A stretch of 31,669 bases of DNA from a virus (taxonomy: Duplodnaviria; Caudoviricetes). The DNA lies in the IMG/VR virus record IMGVR_UViG_3300022670_000078, positions 1 through 31,669 of that record; one strand, given 5' to 3'. The notes beneath the pieces are model-generated. The model was given only the letters and a program-made list of their open reading frames with translations, was not told the origin of the DNA and did no database searches. This document shows positions 8,536 through 15,720 of this stretch, piece after piece. A program made the translations under genes and the position numbers. The stretch's first letter is position 1, and every line of letters begins with the position of its first letter.

Positions 8536-8742
8536 ATGGCACATGTACGCATAGTAACGATAGGTAAGGGTACTACCCTCCGTAACATAAAGATGGATGG
8601 GTGTACTACGAAAGCATTAAACCAAGCAGCCAATACACTAGAGTCTCTGATACACCAAGAGAGGGACATACTCTCAGTGGAGGTAGACTACACAGGCTGT
8701 GATGATAGTAAGACTGTCGAAGGGCACAACCCATGCCAGTAA
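8536..8742 (+). CDS. hypothetical protein
   Basis: AAGGAG SD; packed. Confidence 0.7.
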   Translation: MAHVRIVTIGKGTTLRNIKMDGCTTKALNQAANTLESLIHQERDILSVEVDYTGCDDSKTVEGHNPCQ

Positions 8743-8927
8743 TATACAAGGCGTTGCACACAGGTAACAAGAACCCATGGAGCCGGGAAGAGATGCAGTA
8801 TATATTAGACCATCATAAGGAAAACTTCGTAGAAGAATTAGCAGTACACTTAGGTAGAACAGTATCAGCCGTTAAAGGCAAAGCTCATGCAATGGGCTGT
8901 AGTATTAAATCAAAAGGTATTAAATAA
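8733..8927 (+). CDS. small HTH (Myb/SANT- or GcrA-like) DNA-binding protein
   Basis: PWSREE..IL...ELAVHLGRTVSAVKGKAHAMG. Confidence 0.75.
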   Translation: MPVIYKALHTGNKNPWSREEMQYILDHHKENFVEELAVHLGRTVSAVKGKAHAMGCSIKSKGIK

Positions 8928-9610
8928 TGTCAGACCATGTTGAAGGTATAGTAGCAAAGATTACTGAGAAAGCCACACGTAATGGGGGCACCATATACAA
9001 TGTGTGCTTAGAGATAGATGGCGCAGATGATGAGTGGTTTGGCCACGGATTCGAGGAGCCTGCATTCCAAGAGGGTGATGAGATTGAGTTCGATATCTCT
9101 TACAACGGAGACTACTGCAACGTAGACCCGAACACAGTTAACATCCTGAGTGAAGGAGAGCCTAAGCCTCGTGGCCGTAGCAGCGGAGGCAGAAGTGGTG
9201 GACGTAGTGGAGGTGGGCGTAGCAGTAAGCCTGCAGGTCGTTCAGGAGGAGGTCGCAGTAGCAGTAGAAGTTCCAAGCCTGCATCTAAGCCTGCAAGAGG
9301 CAAGTCATCAGGGGGTGGTGATAAGCCTGCCACTATGAGCAAGGAGGAGTGGGCACAGAAGGATAAGATTATACGCAGACAAGCGTGTATGAATACAGCC
9401 ATCGCCCTTATTGGTACGGCTGTTAAGTGTGAACTAGTGGCACTGCCTGCTAAGAAAGCTGACAAGCTTGATGCATTCGTTGCCCTGTGTGATGAAGAGG
9501 CTGACCGCCTGTATGACCAGTACGAGGAACAGGTGTACGGCAAGAAAGAAGCAAAGCGAGGTAGTCGCAAGTCCCGTAACGATGACTACGACGATGACAT
9601 CCCAGAGTAG
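8927..9610 (+). CDS. ssb: single-stranded DNA-binding protein
   Basis: N-terminal OB-fold-like region, G/S/R-rich linker, helical domain, acidic tail DDYDDDIPE; lies between polymerase and exonuclease. Confidence 0.8.
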   Translation: MSDHVEGIVAKITEKATRNGGTIYNVCLEIDGADDEWFGHGFEEPAFQEGDEIEFDISYNGDYCNVDPNTVNILSEGEPKPRGRSSGGRSGGRSGGGRSSKPAGRSGGGRSSSRSSKPASKPARGKSSGGGDKPATMSKEEWAQKDKIIRRQACMNTAIALIGTAVKCELVALPAKKADKLDAFVALCDEEADRLYDQYEEQVYGKKEAKRGSRKSRNDDYDDDIPE

Positions 9611-9656
9611 CGCCAGCGGGGACACCATTTACTTTGATGATGACATACCATTTTAA
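9582..9656 (+). other. +1-frame segment encoding a canonical bacterial SSB tail (...GDTIYFDDDIPF*)
   Basis: Frame open 9468-9656 with ATGs at 9582 and 9594; overlaps the SSB stop. Confidence 0.6.
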
Positions 9657-9679
9657 ATAGAGGGGAGCAATCCCCTATT
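9656..9679 (+). promoter_or_regulatory. GNRA-capped hairpin (stability element or weak terminator)
   Basis: AGGGGA-GCAA-TCCCCT at 9661-9676; no U-tract. Confidence 0.55.
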
Positions 9680-9688
9680 GGAGGTAAC

Positions 9689-9997
9689 ATGGAAGCAGAT
9701 GAGCTACGTAAATTAGTATTACAATTCGTAGAACAAGCATCCCCTATTGTTATGGTGTCCACGGGCACCGAGTCAGGCATATTAGATGTGCAGGGTACGC
9801 TATCCTTATGGATGCAGGTACCTGACTGTAGTTACACTGCCATGTTCTTAGGATGGGCACTCGCATCAGGCCATGACATCAACAGCTTCAGTCCGAAAGA
9901 ACTAACACAGGCTGTACAGACAGCCCTAGTAGGGGACAACAAGAACGTGATGTTCGACTGGCTAGGGGATGCCGATGCTAGCGACAAGCCTCACTAA
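9689..9997 (+). CDS. hypothetical protein
   Basis: GGAGGT SD. Confidence 0.75.
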   Translation: MEADELRKLVLQFVEQASPIVMVSTGTESGILDVQGTLSLWMQVPDCSYTAMFLGWALASGHDINSFSPKELTQAVQTALVGDNKNVMFDWLGDADASDKPH

Positions 9998-10006
9998 GGA
10001 GTCACC

Positions 10007-11068
10007 ATGGGTAGGACAAGTAGGTACGATAAACAGAATGTATTAGTACTTGATAGTGACAGCAGTGTATACGCTATCGGTTTCGTTACTGAGACTAAAG
10101 AGCATTACCTGTATGGACTTGATGGGGTGCTATGGCAAGGAACGGATAAACGAGAGCTTAACAAGTGGCAGAAGGAGAACGACCCTAATAAGCAACTAAC
10201 GTATGACTTCACAGTGCACGTTGCACCTGTTAGTCATGCACTTTCATCAGCTAAGAAGTTTGTAGCCAATACACTGGCATTCACAGGCTGTAGCAGGGTG
10301 ATAGTATTGCTCACTAAGGGAGGTAACTGCTTCAGGCACCACTTAGCTACCATCCAACGGTACAAGGGTAACCGCATTAACATGCAGAAGCCTGCACATT
10401 ATGATGCTATCCGTGAGTACTACATGACATACCATGGAGCTAAGATGTATGACAAGTGGGAAGCAGATGATGCAGCTTGTATGGCCTTACATAGAGGTAG
10501 TGGTGTTGAAGGTATCTCGTATGTACTAGGCACAATAGACAAGGATTTAGCACAGCAACAAGGGAGACATGTTAACCCGTCCAAGAAGGACGAGGGTGTG
10601 TACACTATCAATGAAGTGGAAGGGTGGTATAACTTCTACCATCAGCTACTCATGGGCGATAAGGCTGACCATATCAAAGGGCTAAGCGGTAAGCGCGGTG
10701 CCCCCGGTATTGGTGCAGCTAAGGCACACAAGCGGCTATCAGCTGCAGGGAATAACATCTCCCACATGTGCCAGATAGTGTACGATGAGTACGTGATTAA
10801 GTACGGAGCAGAGGAGTTCAACTACATACCATGGTGGTGTGAGGAAGAGATGAATCCTGACGCAGAGTTTGCGGATAGACCTAGAGTATTGAAGGGCACA
10901 GCCCTTACAATGTTTAGAGAGAATGCAGACTTACTGTACATGCTACGTACACCAACAGACCAGTACCTGCCACATTGCAGGGTGTTGCTTGACCAATGGG
11001 ACAAGTACCCCGAGGGTACAGCATACCACTTCTTACCTGATAAGGAAGAGACTGATGATGAAAGTTAA
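10007..11068 (+). CDS. 5'-3' exonuclease/RNase H (T7 gp6/FEN-like)
   Basis: VLDSDS, YKGNR, WEADD, IDKDL, LMGDKADHIKG, GIG motifs. Confidence 0.92.
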   Translation: MGRTSRYDKQNVLVLDSDSSVYAIGFVTETKEHYLYGLDGVLWQGTDKRELNKWQKENDPNKQLTYDFTVHVAPVSHALSSAKKFVANTLAFTGCSRVIVLLTKGGNCFRHHLATIQRYKGNRINMQKPAHYDAIREYYMTYHGAKMYDKWEADDAACMALHRGSGVEGISYVLGTIDKDLAQQQGRHVNPSKKDEGVYTINEVEGWYNFYHQLLMGDKADHIKGLSGKRGAPGIGAAKAHKRLSAAGNNISHMCQIVYDEYVIKYGAEEFNYIPWWCEEEMNPDAEFADRPRVLKGTALTMFRENADLLYMLRTPTDQYLPHCRVLLDQWDKYPEGTAYHFLPDKEETDDES

Positions 11069-11291
11069 GCGCAAGTGTTGTGGTAAGTGCTTGTTCGGTA
11101 GTAACAAGATAGTATCAGATGAGCGCAAGCAATCTATACTTGATGATTGTACTGAGAACGATACGCACTTTGTGTGCCATGAAGGCACCATAGCAGGCGA
11201 AGATATATGCTGCAGAGCATTCTTTGAGCAGCATACTACTAACATGCTACGTATCAGCCAACGATTACACATGTTGGAGTTCGTAGAATAA
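11055..11291 (+). CDS. small Cys/His-rich putative metal-binding protein
   Basis: CCGKCLF...FVCH...ICCRAF; start ATG 11055 or 11058. Confidence 0.7.
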   Translation: MMKVKRKCCGKCLFGSNKIVSDERKQSILDDCTENDTHFVCHEGTIAGEDICCRAFFEQHTTNMLRISQRLHMLEFVE

Positions 11292-11302
11292 GGAAGACGA
11301 CG

Positions 11303-11509
11303 ATGAAGAAGGCTAGAATACAATTTACTACCTCAGGTGCAGTAGTACACACTGTAGCCTATGATGCTTACATATGTGAAGGCTGCTTATGGCTAGACTT
11401 AAGTGAAGACGGACTATCTTCTAAGGTAATACCTCTACACTCCATAGCCTGCGTAGACTTTCAAGTACCAACTGAAGATGACGACGAGGTACACTATGAC
11501 AAAACGTAA
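11303..11509 (+). CDS. hypothetical protein
   Basis: AAGGA SD; packed. Confidence 0.65.
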   Translation: MKKARIQFTTSGAVVHTVAYDAYICEGCLWLDLSEDGLSSKVIPLHSIACVDFQVPTEDDDEVHYDKT

Positions 11510-12185
11510 AGTTCGTGAGCAAGAAGCAAGAGCTGATAAGTTAGAGAAAGCTAGACCACAGATATATGTTAAAGGATTGAACCCTAAGCAGGATGCTTAC
11601 ATTATATCCTTGCAAACTTCAGCATGTACCATAGTGACAGGCAGTGCAGGTACTGGTAAGACATACCTAGCAGCAAGCCTAGCAGCCCGTGCGTTAGCTG
11701 AACGGGAGATAGCTACTATCGTTATCAGTCGGCCTAACGTGCCAACAGGTAAGAGCTTAGGAGCTTTCCCCGGTACAGTAGAAGAGAAGATGGCACCATG
11801 GTTAGTACCCATTACCAATACACTCAAGCAACAGCTAGGTATAGGTTTCTACGAGCATGCATGTAAGAATGGGAACATTCAGATACAGCCTATTGAAACT
11901 ATACGTGGTCAGTCGTTTGATAACTCTGTCATCCTATTCGATGAGTCACAGCAGTTAGAGATAGACGAGGTGAAGGCTATCGTTACACGTATCGGTAAGT
12001 TCTCTCGCTTAGTACTGATGGGAGATACCTCGCAACGGGATAACAATGCGAAGGGCTTAGAGTACTTGATAGGCTTAGCGGAGAGACACCACCTACCAGT
12101 GGCACTGCACCACTTCACTAGCGATGACATTGTACGTAGTGATGTATGTAAGCTGTTCGTTAAAGCATTTGAAGCAGAGGAGTAA
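11496..12185 (+). CDS. phoH: PhoH family ATPase
   Basis: GSAGTGKTYLA, ISRPNV, LGAFPGTVEEKMAPW, IRGQSF, DESQQ, GDTSQRD, DIVRS; start ATG 11496 after GAGGT. Confidence 0.95.
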   Translation: MTKRKVREQEARADKLEKARPQIYVKGLNPKQDAYIISLQTSACTIVTGSAGTGKTYLAASLAARALAEREIATIVISRPNVPTGKSLGAFPGTVEEKMAPWLVPITNTLKQQLGIGFYEHACKNGNIQIQPIETIRGQSFDNSVILFDESQQLEIDEVKAIVTRIGKFSRLVLMGDTSQRDNNAKGLEYLIGLAERHHLPVALHHFTSDDIVRSDVCKLFVKAFEAEE

Positions 12186-12186
12186 T

Positions 12187-12444
12187 ATGATTTACTTAGT
12201 GCAGTTCTTAATCATGCTCGTGTATGTATTCCTTAAGGGATTCCAACATCAGAATGTTATAGGTGGTAAGTATCTATCAGCAGCCATACTGTCGTACCTA
12301 ATGGCAGGGTTTGAAGTAGCCTGTATAACCTTCGTGGTTAAGCAGGGATGGTACTCAGTAATACCTGTAGGCACAGGAGCTGCACTAGGTATTGTATTAT
12401 CCATGTACATGTATCGTAGATTTAATCCAACGGAGGATAATTAG
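12187..12444 (+). CDS. small three-helix membrane protein
   Basis: Three hydrophobic segments with GTGAALG; GAGGAG SD. Confidence 0.8.
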   Translation: MIYLVQFLIMLVYVFLKGFQHQNVIGGKYLSAAILSYLMAGFEVACITFVVKQGWYSVIPVGTGAALGIVLSMYMYRRFNPTEDN

Positions 12445-12639
12445 ATGGCTAAAATAATTGCAGGAGTAGATGGGTTAGAGCATTTAGTAACGCCAGAAGG
12501 CACAAGCCTTTGTGGCAAAGTACAAGATAAACCTCCTATAGGGGTAGGAGTATTAACCTGTCCTGAGTGTGCAAAGATAGCACTGTGTGCAGTGGAGTTA
12601 GTGACCAAAGCAGAGAAACGTGAATGGAGAAAGCTATGA
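12445..12639 (+). CDS. small putative zinc-finger protein
   Basis: H...SLCG...TCPEC; GGAGG SD. Confidence 0.7.
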   Translation: MAKIIAGVDGLEHLVTPEGTSLCGKVQDKPPIGVGVLTCPECAKIALCAVELVTKAEKREWRKL

Positions 12640-12896
12640 GTACTGCGAAGACAGCACATGAGAAAGCCCTAGAGCTAGCTAAGGCTTCATCACCTAGGTA
12701 CGGTATATACTTAGATGGTGGAGATGCAACAGCACTTAAAGATGCAATGGATATAACAGGAGCATTACTGCTATCCGTGCTGAACTCTGACTCTGAAGAG
12801 AAGACAAAGCGACAGGCACTGGCCATTTTAATTAAGGCTACACCTTCTATGGACTACACCACAATAACTAACTGCAACATAACGATGGAGAACTAA
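12636..12896 (+). CDS. hypothetical protein
   Basis: ORF track 12624..12896; ATGA overlap start at 12636. Confidence 0.7.
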   Translation: MSTAKTAHEKALELAKASSPRYGIYLDGGDATALKDAMDITGALLLSVLNSDSEEKTKRQALAILIKATPSMDYTTITNCNITMEN

Positions 12897-12898
12897 CC

Positions 12899-13627
12899 AT
12901 GGCAGCACGTAAGTTAACAGTATACAAAGAAGCAGCACAGGCACTAGCACAGTTTGAGAAAGACTATGGCAGTATCCTAGTTGATTGCTCCACCCCTAAG
13001 GGGATGAAGTCGGCTAAGGATTGTCGTAAAGAGATACGAGATGCACGTAGTAACCTAGAGGATTTACGCAAGGAAACTAAAGAGCCTGCACTAGCCAAGT
13101 GTAAGCAGATAGACAGCGAAGCCAAGGCTATCAAGGAGAAGCTGGATGTCCTCTTCACGAAGTTCGACAGCGGCATTAAAGCTATTGAAAACAAGAAAGA
13201 AATTGAAGCAAAGGAGAAGGCGGATGCAGTACTTAAGCATGCAGATGAACTCGATGCAAGAGAAGCAGCCATCTACGCCAAGGAGATTGAGCTTGGACTT
13301 AGAGAACCAGATGATGAGCACCTACCTGAGGGAAGTGCCGACACTGGTGACAGTGGTGGTGATACTGAGCACCTTAATCGCAGTCCTCGTAATAAGCGTA
13401 AGCTAGAAGAGTCTATAGCAGAGCTAGATGATTCAGCAGAACAAGTGAGCACTATCTGTGAACCACACATCAAGGTGGCAGCTGAAAGACTACATGTACT
13501 TAAGCGTATACGTGCTCTGGTAGAGCCTACGGATGCACAGCCTACTGGGGAGATAGACGAAGAGATAGCCCGCACACATGACGAGGTAATAGCTGAGGTG
13601 TGGGAGCTAGTCGATGTCTTCAAGTAA
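12899..13627 (+). CDS. coiled-coil phage protein
   Basis: RSNLEDLRKETKEPAL..KQIDSEAKAI heptads; acidic linker; GGAG SD. Confidence 0.8.
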   Translation: MAARKLTVYKEAAQALAQFEKDYGSILVDCSTPKGMKSAKDCRKEIRDARSNLEDLRKETKEPALAKCKQIDSEAKAIKEKLDVLFTKFDSGIKAIENKKEIEAKEKADAVLKHADELDAREAAIYAKEIELGLREPDDEHLPEGSADTGDSGGDTEHLNRSPRNKRKLEESIAELDDSAEQVSTICEPHIKVAAERLHVLKRIRALVEPTDAQPTGEIDEEIARTHDEVIAEVWELVDVFK

Positions 13628-13811
13628 AAAGATTAAGGGGTATATCTTCCGCAGTAGCAAGGGTGGCTACTTCAGAGAGTACATGGCAGGGGTTACCTAT
13701 CACAAGGGACTTGCCTATGTGTATACCCGGATAGAGGCACAGGCAATAGAGGATGTGTGCAAGGGATGGGGTAGTAAGGCTGAAGGTAAGTGGCGAGAAG
13801 TTTATGAGTAG
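13614..13811 (+). CDS. hypothetical protein
   Basis: GGGAG SD; AYVYTRIEA motif. Confidence 0.65.
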   Translation: MSSSKKIKGYIFRSSKGGYFREYMAGVTYHKGLAYVYTRIEAQAIEDVCKGWGSKAEGKWREVYE

Positions 13812-14370
13812 GGTTAGTAAGGTACCACTGGAACCGTGGCAACAATGTCCTGATGTATGGAAGACTGAGGCACAGTTCTTCATATGGATGAGAGGCCAGA
13901 TGCGTAGAGCATGGAGTAGGCATCCCGTTAAGCTATCATACATGCATCAACATAGGAAGAGAGTACCATTGGGTCGTGTGACGAAGTCAAACCCTGAGGG
14001 GCTTGTATGGGGCTGTCAGTGTGAGCACTGTAAGCAAGAGTTTAAGCAAACGGAGTGTGAAGTAGACCACATGAATGCAGCAGGTAGCTTCAAGGGATGG
14101 GAGGACTTCGAGGTATGGATGACTAAGCTCATGCACATTAACTTCGATAGTATACGGATAGTGTGCAAGGGGTGTCATCGTATCATCAGCTATGCTGAGC
14201 GTATGGGCATTACATTCGAGGAAGCTAAGCTGGAGAAGGAAGTGATAGCCTTCACCAAATGGCCTATCTCACACCAAGTGTCATGTCTTGTTGAGTTCTC
14301 TTCAGGACAATATGGCAACGCTAAGCAGCGTAGAGCTGCATACAAGAAGTTACTACAGGAGAAGCTATGA
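13804..14370 (+). CDS. HNH-type phage endonuclease (putative resolvase or host-DNA nuclease)
   Basis: WMRGQMRRAWSRHP, CEHC...EVDH...VCKGCH. Confidence 0.8.
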   Translation: MSRVSKVPLEPWQQCPDVWKTEAQFFIWMRGQMRRAWSRHPVKLSYMHQHRKRVPLGRVTKSNPEGLVWGCQCEHCKQEFKQTECEVDHMNAAGSFKGWEDFEVWMTKLMHINFDSIRIVCKGCHRIISYAERMGITFEEAKLEKEVIAFTKWPISHQVSCLVEFSSGQYGNAKQRRAAYKKLLQEKL

Positions 14371-14588
14371 GGAAAATTATAAAGTTACTACTATCTGCAT
14401 GGACTATAAACTTGGTAGTATTTACATCTACCCTGTTCATACACGGCTACTACGATAGCATAGGTCATTGGTCTGAGACAGCATGGGATGGCATATTGTT
14501 TACGAGTGTCCTAACAAAGATTGTATTGTCTATATGTCTAGTAGCTAGTAGCGTTGACCATGGCATATGGACTAAGGGAGACGATTGA
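14367..14588 (+). CDS. small two-TM membrane protein
   Basis: Two hydrophobic stretches; AGGAG SD; ATGA overlap. Confidence 0.65.
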   Translation: MRKIIKLLLSAWTINLVVFTSTLFIHGYYDSIGHWSETAWDGILFTSVLTKIVLSICLVASSVDHGIWTKGDD

Positions 14589-14865
14589 TGAGCAAACCAA
14601 GTAAGCAAGAGATAATCCCGTTACAAGATAGAGTGTTGATAGAGCCATTCGAGACAGACCATACATCTGCAGGAGGGATTGTCCTAGCAGGAGATGACAT
14701 GAAGTATAACCGAGCCAAGGTGTTAGCCGTAGGTGCAGGTCGTGCCATGCCACGGGAGATACCATCATCTATGGTGACTTACAGAATACAATTGAAGATA
14801 AGCTGAATGGTAAGCGTGTGTTGCTCGTTGTAGAGCAGGGTATAGTGGCCATCATTAAGGAGTAG
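14585..14865 (+). pseudogene. groES: GroES/Cpn10 co-chaperonin split by a -1 frameshift near 14752
   Basis: Frame 0: IPLQDRVLI...TSAGGIVL...AKVLAVGAGR; -1 frame 14752-14865: TGDTIIYGDLQNTIEDKLNGKRVLLVVEQGIVAIIKE*, matching the GroES C-terminal half. Confidence 0.8.
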
Positions 14866-14868
14866 GAT

Positions 14869-15033
14869 ATGTCCATAGGAAAACTTAACAAAGGTTTAAA
14901 GGCTAAAGTGATTGAAGCTGCAGAGTATGTAGAGAATGGCGACCCTTGGAAGGATGTAATGAATGACAGTGAAGTATCAGAGGTACTAATTTATTTAGCT
15001 CAAGTATTAAGGGGTAGGTATGTTTACGTCTAA
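14869..15033 (+). CDS. hypothetical protein (54 aa)
   Basis: Hand-translated MSIGKLNKGLKAKVIEAAEYVENGDPW...RYVYV*; AAGGAG SD. Confidence 0.65.
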   Translation: MSIGKLNKGLKAKVIEAAEYVENGDPWKDVMNDSEVSEVLIYLAQVLRGRYVYV

Positions 15034-15388
15034 GATTAGGATTACTGCTACAGCCTTAGTTATCTGTGCAATACTAATGGGGTTTAGCGCCAGCGGTATT
15101 GTACATGCAGCAGAGCAAACAGTAGCCACGGCAGAAGAGGCAGCTAAGTGTTACATATTCGCTGAGGCTAAGGGAGATACTCCTGATACGCTTATAGTAT
15201 TTGTACGTAGGCTAGAGAAGTTTAGCCATAACTTCAGTATCATACGAACACTAGGGTATTACGAGGGAGTGCTAGATACCTATGGACAAATCAACGCTGA
15301 GGCGTTTGGTTCCTTTGATGCTAGTAGGAGGGATGCAGCTAAGAACTTATACACTCTTATGGGCTGTACTATTAACGTGAGGATATAG
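15020..15388 (+). CDS. putative exported/periplasmic protein
   Basis: Basic n-region, hydrophobic h-region, VHA|AE signal-peptidase-like site; two Cys in the mature part. Confidence 0.7.
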   Translation: MFTSKIRITATALVICAILMGFSASGIVHAAEQTVATAEEAAKCYIFAEAKGDTPDTLIVFVRRLEKFSHNFSIIRTLGYYEGVLDTYGQINAEAFGSFDASRRDAAKNLYTLMGCTINVRI

Positions 15389-15389
15389 C

Positions 15390-15563
15390 ATGACAGAGCA
15401 ATGCTGTGGTACAACGTGTAATAAAGATAAGCTAGAGGCAGAGTTTAAAATAACAGGAGCTATAGAGTTTGTGGAGTTCCTAGAGGCTAACGCCACAGAG
15501 GATGTGAGTAAGGAAGCTGTTGCAGAGTTGCTGGATGCGTATATATTTACCATGGATAGCTGA
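15390..15563 (+). CDS. hypothetical acidic protein (57 aa)
   Basis: MTEQCCGTTCNKDKLEAEFKITGAIEF...FTMDS*; GAGGA SD. Confidence 0.65.
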   Translation: MTEQCCGTTCNKDKLEAEFKITGAIEFVEFLEANATEDVSKEAVAELLDAYIFTMDS

Positions 15564-15592
15564 TATACTGTTATAACTAACAGGAGAGTATT

Positions 15593-15676
15593 ATGAATAA
15601 TGAATATGATGGCGTTGATGAAGGCTTTTTAGAAGAAGGGTACTTAGATGTATCCTCCGAGGTGACAGGCCCGTAG
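15593..15676 (+). CDS. 27-aa acidic peptide
   Basis: MNNEYDGVDEGFLEEGYLDVSSEVTGP*; AGGAG SD; ends just before the terminator. Confidence 0.5.
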   Translation: MNNEYDGVDEGFLEEGYLDVSSEVTGP

Positions 15677-15684
15677 CCTTAAGT

Positions 15685-15715
15685 AAGAGGGGAGCACTAA
15701 GCTCCCTTTCTTTTT
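15685..15715. terminator. rho-independent terminator between the convergent arms (probably bidirectional)
   Basis: GGGAGC-ACTAA-GCTCCC followed by TTTCTTTTT on +; purine-rich run on the other side. Confidence 0.8.
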
Positions 15716-15720
15716 GCCTG

